DNA from: Rubrivivax sp.
GTDB taxonomy: Bacteria; Pseudomonadota; Gammaproteobacteria; Burkholderiales; Burkholderiaceae_C
Assembly: GCA_049318345.1 (NCBI GenBank)
Contig: JBMOGN010000001.1
Coordinates: forward strand, 1 to 54,115
DNA: 54,115 nt
Direction: 5' to 3'
The translations under genes were made by a program, and so were the position numbers. The notes under the pieces were generated by a model. The model saw only the letters and a program-made list of their open reading frames with translations. It did no database searches and was not told where the DNA came from. Each line of letters begins with the position of its first letter. The first letter of the stretch is position 1. Shown in pieces: positions 11,853 to 21,714 of this stretch.

Positions 11853-13498
11853 GCCCGCGCGCTCCCGATCATGGACTGCGCGTGCGCCAGGCCCGACAGC
11901 CGCTCGCCGCCGAGCATTCGCGCGATCTCCGCGACCTGGGACTCCCCGCTGACGGCGTGAAGCTCGCTGCAGGGCGCACCGGCCTGGGAGGACTTGGTGA
12001 CCACGAAGTGCGCATCGGCGCAGGCGGCCACCTGCGCGAGGTGGGTGACGGCCAGCACCTGCGTGCTGGCGCCGAGTTGCTTCATGAGGCGACCGACGCG
12101 GTCGGCCACGGTGCCGCCCACACCGGCGTCGATCTCGTCGAAGACGAGCGTGGGCCGCGTGCCGCCGCGCTCGCGCGCGGTGACGACCGCGATGGCCAGC
12201 GCCAGCCGCGAGAGCTCGCCCCCGGAAGCCACGCGCGCCAGCGGCCGGGGGGCCGCACCGGCGTGCCCGGCCACGAGAAACTCGACCGACTCCCGCCCCC
12301 AGGGCTGGGGCTCCGCTAGCGTGCTGAGCGCGATCTCGAAGCGGCCACCGGCCATGCCCAGCTGCTGCATGGCCTGCGTCACGGCCGCGGCCAGCACCGG
12401 CGCATGGCGCGCCCGCTGCGCCGACACCTGGCGCGCGGCGGCCTCCCAGACCTGGCTGGCGGCCTGCACCTGGCGCTCCAGGGTGTCCAGGTCGCCTGCC
12501 GCTTCCAGCGCCCGCAGCTCCTCGTGCCAGCTCGCCAGCAGCGCGGCCAGCTCGGCGGGCGGGCGGCGGTAGCGCCGCGCCAGCCCGATCCAGACACTCA
12601 GCCGGGCATCGAGCTCGGCCAGACGCTGCGGGTCGGGTTCGTTGTGGCCCAGGTAGGCCTGCAGCGTGCGGCTGGCGTCCTGCAGCAGCGCCTGCGCATC
12701 GCGCAGCGTGCGCGACACCGGCTCGAGCCCGGGATCGTGCCGGGCCGCTTCCTCCAGCGCGCCGGCGGCGCGGTCCACGAGGGCGTCGGCGGCCGGGTCG
12801 TCGTCGCTGAGTGCGCCCAGCGCCAGGCGTGCGGCCTCGAGCAGCGCCTGCGCGTGGGCCAGGCGCCCGTGCTCGGCGTTGAGCTCCTCCCATTCGTGGG
12901 CCTGGGGCGCGAGACGTTCGAGCTCGCCGATCTGCCACTGCAGCCGCTCGCGCTCGCGCTCCAGCGTGTCGGCGCGGCTGCGCGCCTCGGCCAGCTCCTC
13001 GCGCGCGGCACGCCAGGCCTGCCAGGCCTGCGCCACGGCGCCGGTGTCTGCACCAGCCTGCTCGTCGAGCAGCGCACGCACGGCAGCCGGGCGCGTCAGG
13101 CTCTGCCACGCATGCTGGCCGTGGATCTCCACGAGGTGCTCGGCGGCCTCGCGCAGCTGGGCCACCGTGGCGCTGCTGCCGTTCACCCAGGCCCGGCTGC
13201 GCCCCTGGGCATCGACCACCCGACGCAGCAGCAGCTCCTCGCCGCTGTCGAAGCCGGCCTCCTGCAGCCAGCCCAGCAACGACGCCGGGGTGTCGAAGAC
13301 CGCACTGACCTCGGTGCGCGGGGCACCCTCACGCACCACCGCCGCATCGGCGCGCGCGCCCAGGGCGAACTGAAGCGCATCCACGAGGATCGACTTGCCC
13401 GCACCCGTCTCGCCCGTGAGCACCGAAAAGCCGCTGCCCGGCTCGAGCTCGAGGTTGCGGGCGAGGACGAAGTCGCGCAGCACCAGGCGGCGCAGCAT
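11849..13498 (-). CDS. recN: DNA repair protein RecN
   Basis: Walker A GETGAGKS, EIHGQH, ASGGELSR and FDEIDAGVGG motifs. Confidence 0.96.
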   Translation of the reverse strand: MLRRLVLRDFVLARNLELEPGSGFSVLTGETGAGKSILVDALQFALGARADAAVVREGAPRTEVSAVFDTPASLLGWLQEAGFDSGEELLLRRVVDAQGRSRAWVNGSSATVAQLREAAEHLVEIHGQHAWQSLTRPAAVRALLDEQAGADTGAVAQAWQAWRAAREELAEARSRADTLERERERLQWQIGELERLAPQAHEWEELNAEHGRLAHAQALLEAARLALGALSDDDPAADALVDRAAGALEEAARHDPGLEPVSRTLRDAQALLQDASRTLQAYLGHNEPDPQRLAELDARLSVWIGLARRYRRPPAELAALLASWHEELRALEAAGDLDTLERQVQAASQVWEAAARQVSAQRARHAPVLAAAVTQAMQQLGMAGGRFEIALSTLAEPQPWGRESVEFLVAGHAGAAPRPLARVASGGELSRLALAIAVVTARERGGTRPTLVFDEIDAGVGGTVADRVGRLMKQLGASTQVLAVTHLAQVAACADAHFVVTKSSQAGAPCSELHAVSGESQVAEIARMLGGERLSGLAHAQSMIGSARA

Positions 13499-14373
13499 CA
13501 GGCGACTCCCTCGTACCAGCGCAGCTTGCGCCGCAGCGTGGCGTAGTAGTTCCAGCCCCGCGGGTGCAGGAAGCGCACCTTGTGCTCGGAGCGCCGCACC
13601 CGGACCTGGTCGCCGTGCAGCAGGCTGGCCAGGCTTTGCATGTCGAAGTTGGCCGAGGCGTCGCGCCCGGCCACGATCTCGATGCGGATCTCGCCGTGGT
13701 CGGGCAGCACGATGGGCCGGTTGGACAGCGTGTGCGAGGCGATGGGCACCAGCACCCAGCCGGCGATGCCGGGGTGCAGGATGGGCCCGCCGGCGGACAG
13801 CGCGTAGGCGGTGGAGCCGGTGGGCGAGGCCACGATGAGGCCGTCGGCACGGATGTTGGCGACGAACTCCTCGCCGATGTGCACCTTGAGCTCGACCATG
13901 CTGGCCGTGGCGCCCCGGCTGACGACCACGTCGTTCATCGACAGGCCCTCGAAGATGCGGATGCCGTCGCGCCAGACCCCGGCGTCGAGCATGGAGCGGC
14001 GTTCCTCCTCGAAGTCGCCGGCGATGATCGGCCCGAGCGACTCCTTCAGACGGTCGAAGGGGATGTCGGTGATGAAGCCCAGGCGCCCCTGGTTGATGCC
14101 CACCAGCGGGATGTTGTAACGGGCCAGCTCGCGCCCGATGCCCAGCATCGTGCCGTCTCCGCCGACGACCACCACCAGGTCGCACTGCGCGCCGATCTGC
14201 GCGCTGCTCAGCGCCTCGTGCTCGGACACCCCGGTGGCCGCGGCGGTGTCGCGTTCGAAAGAGACCTCCAGCCCCTGCGCGGCGAGGAACTGCGCGACCT
14301 CCTCCAGCACCGGGCGGATGCCGTGGGCCTGGTACTTCCCGACGATCGCGGCGTGCTGGAAACGCGTGGCCAT
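13498..14373 (-). CDS. nadK: NAD kinase
   Basis: [16 protein letters not shown] and [17 protein letters not shown] motifs. Confidence 0.96.
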   Translation of the reverse strand: MATRFQHAAIVGKYQAHGIRPVLEEVAQFLAAQGLEVSFERDTAAATGVSEHEALSSAQIGAQCDLVVVVGGDGTMLGIGRELARYNIPLVGINQGRLGFITDIPFDRLKESLGPIIAGDFEEERRSMLDAGVWRDGIRIFEGLSMNDVVVSRGATASMVELKVHIGEEFVANIRADGLIVASPTGSTAYALSAGGPILHPGIAGWVLVPIASHTLSNRPIVLPDHGEIRIEIVAGRDASANFDMQSLASLLHGDQVRVRRSEHKVRFLHPRGWNYYATLRRKLRWYEGVA

Positions 14374-14458
14374 GGGGGCAGATGATGACACGAGCCCGGC
14401 GCCTGCGCCGCCCCCTTGCGGGGGTGTTTCCCACGGGGTTCTCCGTACAATGATCCGG

Positions 14459-15496
14459 ATGCTGGACGACCGAGCCAAGACGCTGCTGAAGACGCTGGTG
14501 GAGCGGTACATCGCCGAGGGCCAACCTGTGGGCTCGCGCACCCTGTCGCGCGCCTCGGGTCTGGACCTGTCCCCGGCCACGATCCGCAACGTCATGAGCG
14601 ACCTGGAGGAGCTCGGCCTGATCGCCAGCCCCCACACGAGCGCCGGGCGCATCCCCACCGCCCGGGGCTACCGGCTCTTCGTCGACACGATGCTCACCGC
14701 GCGGCCGCTGGATCCGCAGCAGCCCTCCCCGGAGCTCGCCGCCGCACGCGAGCAGCTGCAGCCCGACCAGCCCCAGCGCGTGATCGCGCAGGCCGCCCAG
14801 CTGCTGTCCAGCCTGTCGAGCTTCGTCGGCGTGGTGACGGCGCCGCGCAAGGCCAGCGTCTTCCGCCACATCGAGTTCCTGCGGCTCGGCGAGCGGCGCG
14901 TGCTCGTCATCCTCGTCTCGCCCGACGGTGATGTGCAGAACCGCCTGATCCTGACGGCGCGCGACTATTCCCAGGGCGAGCTCGTCGAGGCCACGAACTA
15001 CCTGAACTCGCACTACGCCGGCCTCACGATCGAGGAGGTGCGCGAGCGCCTGAAGTCCGAGGTCGAGGCGCTGCGCGGCGAGATCGCGGCGCTCATGGAG
15101 GCGGCCGTGAAGGCCGGCACCGAGGCGATCGCCGAGTCCACCGACCAGCTCGTGGTGGTGGGCGAGCGCAAGCTGCTGGAAGTGGAAGACCTCAGCCACG
15201 ACATGAGCTCGCTGCGCAAGCTCTTCGATGTCTTCGAGCGCAAGGCCGAACTGATGCGGCTGCTGGAGACCAGCAGCCGTGCCGAGGGGGTGCGCATCTA
15301 CATCGGCGGCGAGAGCCGCGTGGTGCCCTTCGAGGAGTTGTCGGTGGTGGCCGCCCCCTACGAGGTCGATGGCATCGTCGTGGGGCGCCTGGGCGTCATC
15401 GGCCCGACGCGCATGCACTACGACCGGATGATCCAGATCGTGGAGATCACGGCCCGGCTGCTCACCAACGCCTTGAGCCAGAAGCAACCCGGCTAG
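14459..15496 (+). CDS. hrcA: Heat-inducible transcription repressor
   Basis: [31 protein letters not shown] and GVIGPTRM motifs. Confidence 0.97.
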   Translation: MLDDRAKTLLKTLVERYIAEGQPVGSRTLSRASGLDLSPATIRNVMSDLEELGLIASPHTSAGRIPTARGYRLFVDTMLTARPLDPQQPSPELAAAREQLQPDQPQRVIAQAAQLLSSLSSFVGVVTAPRKASVFRHIEFLRLGERRVLVILVSPDGDVQNRLILTARDYSQGELVEATNYLNSHYAGLTIEEVRERLKSEVEALRGEIAALMEAAVKAGTEAIAESTDQLVVVGERKLLEVEDLSHDMSSLRKLFDVFERKAELMRLLETSSRAEGVRIYIGGESRVVPFEELSVVAAPYEVDGIVVGRLGVIGPTRMHYDRMIQIVEITARLLTNALSQKQPG

Positions 15497-15523
15497 CGCC
15501 TGCCTCCTAGAATGACCACTGGC

Positions 15524-15600
15524 GGGCCGTTAGCTCAGTTGGTCAGAGCAGAGGACTCATAATCCTTTGGTCGCTGGTTCAAGTCCAGCACGGCCTACCA
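15524..15600 (+). tRNA. tRNA with CAT anticodon, most likely tRNA-Ile2 (lysidine type)
   Basis: GGGCCGT/ACGGCCT acceptor stem, anticodon loop CTCATAA, GGTTCAAGTCC T-arm and CCA end; body resembles Ile2 tRNAs; TAGAAT -10-like box at 15508-15513. Confidence 0.9.
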
Positions 15601-15619
15601 CCCGCATGGCGAGTGCCGG

Positions 15620-15638
15620 AGGCGTCTCTCAGACGCCT
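15620..15638. terminator. Hairpin between the tRNA and the convergent peptidase gene
   Basis: AGGCGTCT-CTC-AGACGCCT perfect inverted repeat; no clear U-tract. Confidence 0.4.
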
Positions 15639-15684
15639 GCTGCCCCGGCACGGCCTGTCGAGGCCCGGTTTGCCAGGACGTGCT

Positions 15685-17739
15685 TCAGCGCGCTTGCAGA
15701 TGCTGCGCCAGGAACCGCTCCACCCGCCTCCAGAAGTCGGAGTTGGTGGCGTCCTTTCGCCAGCCGTGCCCTTCGTCGTCATAGACCACCCACTCGGGCT
15801 GCTGGCCACTCTTGATCAGGGCTTCGCGCATCTTGCGCCCATGGTCGATCGGCACGCGGCGGTCCATGCCCCCGTACGCCAGCAAGAGCGGCGCCTTGAT
15901 CCTGTGCGCCTGCTCCACAGGAGCTACGGCGGCAAGCCGGGCCTCGTCGGTCTTGGGGTCGCCGATGAGTTGTGGCAAGGAGTACCGCCGTGCGTCCGTG
16001 CCCACGTCGTCCCAGAACGTGGAGAACAGGAGCCTCGGGTCGGACACGGCCACCCAGGCGATGCCGCAGCGGTACAGGAGCGGGTCCTTCGCTACACCCA
16101 TCAGCGTTGCGTACCCGCCGTAGCTGGCGCCGGCAATGCAGGCGCGGGACGGGTCGGCCCATCCCTGCTTGACGGCGAACTGCAGGGCGTCGCTCACGTC
16201 GTCCTGCATGGCCAGGCCCCATTGCTTCCAACCGGCCCGGAAGTGCGCCTTGCCGTAGCCCAGGCTCCCCCGAAACTCGGGTTCGATCACCACATAGCCG
16301 CGCGAGGCGAGGAACTGCGCCGTGGAGTCCCATCCCCATTCGGAGCCCCGCACCCAGGGTCCGCCGTGCACGAGGACGACCGCGGGCTTGGGGGCGGCCC
16401 CGCGCCCGGGAGCACCCGTGATCCACACTGGCAGCTCGTGGCCGTCGCGGGCCTTGATGCGGTCCAGCCCGACTGAAGCCATGCGAGAGGGCGGAATGTC
16501 CGGCCTTGCAGTACCGAGCCGCACCCAGCTGTCGTCCTTCGGGCGGTAGAGAAGCCACTCCCCGGGCATCCGATCGGAGTAGGAGTTCACGAGCACGATG
16601 TCTGGATCGCTGCAGCGTGCGCAGCTGATCAGGTTGACCCGTCCTTTGAGAAATCCGTCGATGTGAGCCTGCACCTTCTTCAATTGCGGCGTGGTCCAGA
16701 CCTGCGTCCACGCATCGGTCAGCACCGAGTAGCCGAGCACGGTCCCGGAGCGGCGGTCTTCCACGACATCGATGGCGCCGTCGAATCCCGGCGTCACCGC
16801 CATCACCTCGTCGCCCGGCTTGCCGGTGGTGAAGTCGAATTTCCTGAGCTCGGCGCTGCCTTCGGGGTCTCGGGCAACCTGGACGTACAAGGTGCCATCC
16901 CGATCGACGTGCACGGGCGAAAACGGAGGATCGAGCTCATCGAACTCTGCGATGACGCGCCACTTCCCTGTGGACAGCTCGTGCCAGTGCAGACTCGTCC
17001 GGCCCTTGCTCGCAGACGCGCCGAGTCGCGCGTTTCCAGTGCGGTCGAACAGCCATTGCCGGACATTCGCGGGCACATCACCCTTGAGGAGGGAGCGACG
17101 CGCACCCGTGCGCGCATTCAGCACAATCGGGCTGATCGACTTCACTTCGTAGTCTGGGCCAAACAGGTACTGCCCGAGGATCACCTCGTCGGTGCCCTCG
17201 CCTGCCATGGCCAGGAAACCATGATTGCCTTCCAGCGTGCCGGAGGCGGTTGGGAACATGGTGGTCACGTTGCGCTTGACCAGTTCGCGCAGACCCTCGC
17301 CGCTGCGCTGGATCGAAAGCAGGCCCGGCAGAGGCTGCCGCTCGCCTGTGCGCCCGGGGCCCACCGAAGCGAGCGAGAAGAGCAGGAGGTCGTCATTCAC
17401 CCAGCGGACGTTGAACACGTCGGACTGTTCGAACGCGGCAATGACCTTGGGCGGATTCGCGGACTGGGTGTCGAAGATGGCCAGCGACACGTTCGTGCCC
17501 TTGGGCGCGACCAGCATGGAAACATAGCGCCCCGACGGAGACAACCTTGCGCTCGACATCGCCGGCCGGCTGAAGAAGGACTCCACGGGGATCGGCGCCT
17601 CGGCCCCTGGAGCAGACTTCGGGGCGGTCTGGCTCCAGGCCATGCAGCAGGCTGCAGCCCCCAAGGTGAGTGTCAGAAGCCGGGCGACGCGCCAGCATTG
17701 GCGAGCGAATCGTGCCGGGACAAGTGATGAAAAGGTCAT
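15685..17739 (-). CDS. Exported S9-family (prolyl oligopeptidase / acylaminoacyl peptidase-like) serine peptidase
   Basis: Signal peptide; VHGGP, FRGSLGYG, nucleophile GASYGG, Asp in DRRVP and His in EGHG. Confidence 0.92.
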   Translation of the reverse strand: MTFSSLVPARFARQCWRVARLLTLTLGAAACCMAWSQTAPKSAPGAEAPIPVESFFSRPAMSSARLSPSGRYVSMLVAPKGTNVSLAIFDTQSANPPKVIAAFEQSDVFNVRWVNDDLLLFSLASVGPGRTGERQPLPGLLSIQRSGEGLRELVKRNVTTMFPTASGTLEGNHGFLAMAGEGTDEVILGQYLFGPDYEVKSISPIVLNARTGARRSLLKGDVPANVRQWLFDRTGNARLGASASKGRTSLHWHELSTGKWRVIAEFDELDPPFSPVHVDRDGTLYVQVARDPEGSAELRKFDFTTGKPGDEVMAVTPGFDGAIDVVEDRRSGTVLGYSVLTDAWTQVWTTPQLKKVQAHIDGFLKGRVNLISCARCSDPDIVLVNSYSDRMPGEWLLYRPKDDSWVRLGTARPDIPPSRMASVGLDRIKARDGHELPVWITGAPGRGAAPKPAVVLVHGGPWVRGSEWGWDSTAQFLASRGYVVIEPEFRGSLGYGKAHFRAGWKQWGLAMQDDVSDALQFAVKQGWADPSRACIAGASYGGYATLMGVAKDPLLYRCGIAWVAVSDPRLLFSTFWDDVGTDARRYSLPQLIGDPKTDEARLAAVAPVEQAHRIKAPLLLAYGGMDRRVPIDHGRKMREALIKSGQQPEWVVYDDEGHGWRKDATNSDFWRRVERFLAQHLQAR

Positions 17740-17814
17740 GTTGTAACTTCCCGGTCCGAGCGACGAGGGCGTAGGTTACCGCAGGCCGACCTGGCGCCGC
17801 CGCCGGCCGAGTTC

Positions 17815-18456
17815 TCAGATCTCGTCGATCGAGGTGGCCCGGGAGGCCGTCTTGCGGTCGGCATCCACCAGCGAGAAGCGGTCGTCGGTGCGGGTGTAGA
17901 AGCTCGCGCCGAAGCGTGCCACGGGCCGGTAGTCGCGCAGGTTGACGCGCCAGGCTTCGGTGTCCACGAGCCCGGCTCGCGCCGCCAGCCAGACGACGCG
18001 GCCGATGAAGACGTAGCGGCTGTCGGTCTCGAGTTTCTCGTGCAGCACGCATTCGAAGGCCACAGGAGCCTCGAGGATGCGGGGCGGGGCGACCCGCTGC
18101 GCGGGCACGGGGGTGAGCCCCACCGCGGCGAGTTCGCTCACGTCGGAGGGGAAGGCCTCGCCGCAGTCGTGCATCTGCTGGGCCATCGGCTCGTCGGAGA
18201 GATGCACGACAAACTCCCCGGTGCGCAGGATGTTGGCCGATGTGTCCTTCAGCCGGCCGTCCTTCAGCCGGTTGATGCTGATCATCAGGATCGGCGGGTC
18301 CTCGCCGACCATGTTGAACATCGAGAACGGCGCGGCATTGGCCACGCCGGTGGGGCCGAGCGTGGTCACGAGCGCGATCGGGCGCGGCACGATCAGGCTC
18401 GCCATGAGCTTGTAGCGCTGGTGGGCGGTGAGCTGCTCGAAGTCGACTTCGGTCAT
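17815..18456 (-). CDS. Flavin reductase-like (split-barrel FMN-binding) protein
   Basis: YKLMASLIVPRPIALVTT, NAAPFS, KDTSANILRTGEFVV and PVAFEC motifs. Confidence 0.88.
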   Translation of the reverse strand: MTEVDFEQLTAHQRYKLMASLIVPRPIALVTTLGPTGVANAAPFSMFNMVGEDPPILMISINRLKDGRLKDTSANILRTGEFVVHLSDEPMAQQMHDCGEAFPSDVSELAAVGLTPVPAQRVAPPRILEAPVAFECVLHEKLETDSRYVFIGRVVWLAARAGLVDTEAWRVNLRDYRPVARFGASFYTRTDDRFSLVDADRKTASRATSIDEI

Positions 18457-18484
18457 GGCGCGAGTATGGTCGCTTCCCGAAACG

Positions 18485-18510
18485 CGCAACCCGGCGCGAG
18501 CCGGGTTGCG
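18485..18510. terminator. Inverted repeat after the TctC/Bug gene
   Basis: CGCAACCCGGC-GCGA-GCCGGGTTGCG, 11-bp stem. Confidence 0.5.
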
Positions 18511-18532
18511 ATCATCCGAGGGGCCGTTGGCG

Positions 18533-19513
18533 TCAGACGACGACCTCGACCTTCGCGCGCTTGGCCACCTGGCTCCAGGTGGTGATCTGCGAGCGGATCA
18601 GCTTCACGAAGTCCTCGCCGAGCACCGGCGCCTTGCGAGGCAGCGTCTGCACGTCCTCGAGGCGGGCCATGACGTCGGGCTTGGCCAGGATCTCCGGCAT
18701 CAAGGCGCTCAGGCGCTGAACGATCGGAGCAGGCAGGTTCTTCGGGGCGGACAGGCCCAGCCACTGCGAGCCCGTGAGCGACGGATAGCCCAGCTCGGCG
18801 AAAGTCGGGATGCCGGGCAGCGCGGGCAACCGCGCAGGCGTGGAGATGGCCAGCGCCCGCAGCGAGCCGGCCTTGAGCTGCGCGACGTTGGTCGTCACCG
18901 GGTCGAACAGGCCGTCGATGTTGCCGGCCAGCAGGTCCTGCATGGCCGGCGCGCTGCCCTGGTAGGGCACGTGATCGTGCTCGGGGGCCTGGCCCTCGAT
19001 CTTCAGCAGCTCGCCAAAGAGGTGGTTGGCCGAGCCGATGCCCGAGGTGCCGTAGCGCACGGGCTTGGTCTTGGCCCGCGTGACGTACTGGGCCAGCGTC
19101 TGGTCGGGCGACTGCCCGCGCACGAGCAGCACCATCGGCGCCTCCACGAGCATCGCCATGTGGGTGAAGTCACTCACCGCGTCGAAGGGCATGACGTTGC
19201 GTGTGGCCGTGGCGTAGATGTGCACCGACGCGTGGCTGACGAGCAGCGAGTAGCCGTCGGCCGGTTGCTTGGCCACGTATTCGGTGCCGATCAGCCCACC
19301 CGCGCCGGGGCGGTTCTCGACCACCACGGACTGGCCGAGCGCCTGCGACAGGTGTGGCGCGATCAGCCGTGCGACCGTGTCGACGAGCCCGCCGGGCGGG
19401 AACTGCGCGATCAGGCGCACGGGACCCCGGCTGGGCCAGGCGCTCTGTGCGCCGACCCAGGTCGGGGTGGACAGGGCTGCCGCGCCAGCGGCCAGAACGA
19501 GACGACGCTTCAT
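18533..19513 (-). CDS. Tripartite tricarboxylate transporter substrate-binding protein (TctC/Bug family)
   Basis: Signal peptide; FPPGGLVD, VENRPGAGG, GIGSANHL, HVPYQGSAPA and PTFAELG motifs; AGGAG Shine-Dalgarno. Confidence 0.93.
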   Translation of the reverse strand: MKRRLVLAAGAAALSTPTWVGAQSAWPSRGPVRLIAQFPPGGLVDTVARLIAPHLSQALGQSVVVENRPGAGGLIGTEYVAKQPADGYSLLVSHASVHIYATATRNVMPFDAVSDFTHMAMLVEAPMVLLVRGQSPDQTLAQYVTRAKTKPVRYGTSGIGSANHLFGELLKIEGQAPEHDHVPYQGSAPAMQDLLAGNIDGLFDPVTTNVAQLKAGSLRALAISTPARLPALPGIPTFAELGYPSLTGSQWLGLSAPKNLPAPIVQRLSALMPEILAKPDVMARLEDVQTLPRKAPVLGEDFVKLIRSQITTWSQVAKRAKVEVVV

Positions 19514-19597
19514 GATGAGAGCTCCTGGTAGTGGGTGGGGCCGGGCGCATGCACTTCCGCAGGAGATTCCGCGGACCGGCCCGTTGGGCAGGGCACC

Positions 19598-19613
19598 AGC
19601 ACGAACCGTGCCA
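19598..19613 (-). promoter_or_regulatory. Sigma54-type -24/-12 promoter upstream of the TctC/Bug gene
   Basis: Minus strand TGGCACGGTTCGTGCT has correct GG-N10-GC spacing. Confidence 0.6.
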
Positions 19614-19783
19614 CTTGCTCCGCCTGACCCGTCACGCGTACCTGCCAGCGGTGCGTCTGGCACGATGGAATGCAAGTTGCTACCGTGTCCGGTGCATCCC
19701 GCCCCCGCTCGGGCCCCACGCTGGTGCGCCCAGCAGCGCCCCCGAACCTCATCGGCCTTCACGCCTCTCCACCCGCCGTCTCC

Positions 19784-20695
19784 ATGCCTGCCACCTACCT
19801 CGGCCCGCTGCCCCACCACGGCCGCTTCGACTACAGCCCGATCACCGCACGCCCGGGCCTGCCCTGGCCGGGAGGGGCGCGGCTGGCTGTCTATGTGGCG
19901 CTCAACCACGAGCACTTCGCCTTTGGCGAGGGTCTGGGCGCCATGATCGGCCCGGCTTCGCCGCAGCCCGATGTGCTGAACTACAGCTGGCGCGAGTACG
20001 GCAACCGTGTGGGCGCCTGGCGCTGTCTGGAACTGCTGGATGACCTGAACTGGTCGGCTGCGGCGCTGCTCAACACGGCGCTCTACGACCACTGCCCCGA
20101 ACTCGTGGCCGCCTGCGTGGCGCGCGGCCACGAACTCGTCGGCCATGGCCACAGCAACGCCGAGCGCCAGGGGGCGCTGTCCGAGCAGGACGAGCGGGCA
20201 CTGCTCGAGCACTGCCGCGACCGCATCGCGCGCGAGAGCGGCCAGGTGCCTGCGGGCTGGCTCTCTCCGTGGATCAGCGAGAGCCTGGCCACGCCCGATC
20301 TGCTGGCCGAGACGGGCTACCGCTACACGCTGAACTGGTGTCACGACGACCAGCCGGTGGCCTTTCGCACCCGCGGCGGCGGCACGCTGTGGTCGCTGCC
20401 CTATCCCCAGGAGCTCAACGACATCCCGATGATCGTGGCGCGCCAGATGGACGGACGCGACTTCGCCGAGATGATCATCGATCACTTCGACGAGATGCTC
20501 GAGCAGTCCGCGAGCCAGGTGCTGGTCATGGGCATTGCGCTGCACCCGTACATCGTGGGTCAGCCCTACCGGCTGCGCCACCTGCGCCGGGCGTTGCAGC
20601 ACATCGACCGTGTCGCCCGCTCGGGCGGCGTCTGGCTGACAACCCCCGGCGCCATCTGCGCACAGGTTTCGTCTGCCGACAGGGGGGTGGTGTGA
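19784..20695 (+). CDS. Polysaccharide-deacetylase (CE4) family protein, PuuE/allantoinase-like
   Basis: WPGGARLAV, NYSWREYGNRVG, ELVGHG, GWLSPW, DDQP and LHPYIVGQPYR motifs. Confidence 0.87.
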   Translation: MPATYLGPLPHHGRFDYSPITARPGLPWPGGARLAVYVALNHEHFAFGEGLGAMIGPASPQPDVLNYSWREYGNRVGAWRCLELLDDLNWSAAALLNTALYDHCPELVAACVARGHELVGHGHSNAERQGALSEQDERALLEHCRDRIARESGQVPAGWLSPWISESLATPDLLAETGYRYTLNWCHDDQPVAFRTRGGGTLWSLPYPQELNDIPMIVARQMDGRDFAEMIIDHFDEMLEQSASQVLVMGIALHPYIVGQPYRLRHLRRALQHIDRVARSGGVWLTTPGAICAQVSSADRGVV

Positions 20696-21714
20696 GTTCC
20701 TCGAGTGCTTGCGGACCTGCTCCCGCCGTCCACAGCGTTGGCCTCATCGGCCTGGGCATCATGGGCGGCCGCATGGCGCGTGCGCTCATCGAGGCCGGTC
20801 ACCGCGTCTGCGGCCACGATCCGCTGGCCGCGCGCCGCCAGGCCCTGCGCCGGGCCGGCGGGCAGGCCCTGGCCGGCAACGCTGAGGTGGCCAGGCAGGC
20901 CGAAGTCCTGGTCTCCTCGTTGCCCACATCGGCTGCGCTGCGCGAGGTAGTGGAGGCGCTTGGGCAAGTGCCGCCCCCCGTGGCCGGGCAGTTGTTCATC
21001 GAGACGAGTACCCTGCCGCTGGCCGACAAGATGTGGGCCGCGCAGGCCTTGCGCCGCCAGGGGCGCACGATGGTGGACGGGCCCATCAGCGGCACCGCCA
21101 CGCCCACGCCGCAGGAGGTCTGGATCATGTACCTCAGCGGCACCGTGGCCGCCTGCCGCCGCGCCGCACCGGTGGTGCGGGCCTTCACGCTGCAGGCGCC
21201 GCGCGTGGGTGCGCTGGGCGCGGGCACCCGGCTGAAGTTCGCGGCCAATCATCTGGTGGCCATCTACAACGTGGCCTACGCCGAGATGGTGACGCTGTGC
21301 CGCTGCATGGGGCTCGATCCGGCCGTGGCGCTCGAGCACATGGGTCACAGCCCCTACATTGGCACGGGCGCGATGCGCCTGCGCATGCCGTTGATGATCG
21401 AGCGCCGCTACGAGCCGGCGACGATGAAGATCGACCTGTGGCAGAAGGACATGCGGGTCATCGGCGATCAGGCGCGCGCGGTCGGCTGCCCCACGCCGCT
21501 CTTCGACGCCTGCGCGGCGATCTACACCGCCGCGGCAGAGGGCGGCCTGGGCGAACTCGACACCGCCGCCGCCGCCGAGGTGCTGGCGATGCAGGCGGGT
21601 GAGGCCCACCAGACGGGTCAGACACGTCAGCAGGGTCAGCAGGGTCAGCAGGCCCGGCCAGGTGCCAGGCCGCCTCGTCCCGTGCGGCTCAGGCCTGCCG
21701 CAACGCGCGTGTGA
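20692..21714 (+). CDS. NAD(P)-dependent beta-hydroxyacid dehydrogenase (3-hydroxyisobutyrate dehydrogenase family)
   Basis: GLIGLGIMG Rossmann motif, DGPISG, catalytic Lys in LKFAAN and KDM; GTG start overlaps the upstream stop. Confidence 0.87.
   Translation: MSSSSACGPAPAVHSVGLIGLGIMGGRMARALIEAGHRVCGHDPLAARRQALRRAGGQALAGNAEVARQAEVLVSSLPTSAALREVVEALGQVPPPVAGQLFIETSTLPLADKMWAAQALRRQGRTMVDGPISGTATPTPQEVWIMYLSGTVAACRRAAPVVRAFTLQAPRVGALGAGTRLKFAANHLVAIYNVAYAEMVTLCRCMGLDPAVALEHMGHSPYIGTGAMRLRMPLMIERRYEPATMKIDLWQKDMRVIGDQARAVGCPTPLFDACAAIYTAAAEGGLGELDTAAAAEVLAMQAGEAHQTGQTRQQGQQGQQARPGARPPRPVRLRPAATRV
21610..21654 (+). repeat. Degenerate 9-bp tandem repeat, 5 copies (encodes QTG-QTR-QQG-QQG-QQA)
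   Basis: cagacgggt cagacacgt cagcagggt cagcagggt cagcaggcc. Confidence 0.7.

Noticed and set aside
14374-14458. CIRCE element upstream of hrcA
   Set aside because: No TTAGCACTC-N9-GAGTGCTAA match in the nadK-hrcA gap.
11849-15487. Apparent giant fusions in the ORF track (1212-aa RecN, 709-aa RapZ, 689-aa TctC, 630-aa BchP, 845-aa TPR)
   Set aside because: The N-terminal extensions are stop-free runs through neighbouring genes; plausible starts lie next to the conserved N-terminal motifs.
15524-15600. Calling the CAT-anticodon tRNA an initiator tRNA-Met
   Set aside because: It lacks the three consecutive G-C anticodon-stem pairs and the C1 mismatch of initiators, and the body resembles Ile2. 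Elongator Met is not fully excluded without tRNAscan-SE.
15648-15656. GCACGGCCT repeat of the tRNA 3' end as a possible att site
   Set aside because: It is only 9 bp in GC-rich DNA, lies 60 bp from the tRNA copy, and no integrase is nearby.
19657-19674. Plus-strand sigma54-like motif CTGGCACGATGGAATGCA before the deacetylase
   Set aside because: The GG-to-GC spacing is 11 rather than the required 10 nt.
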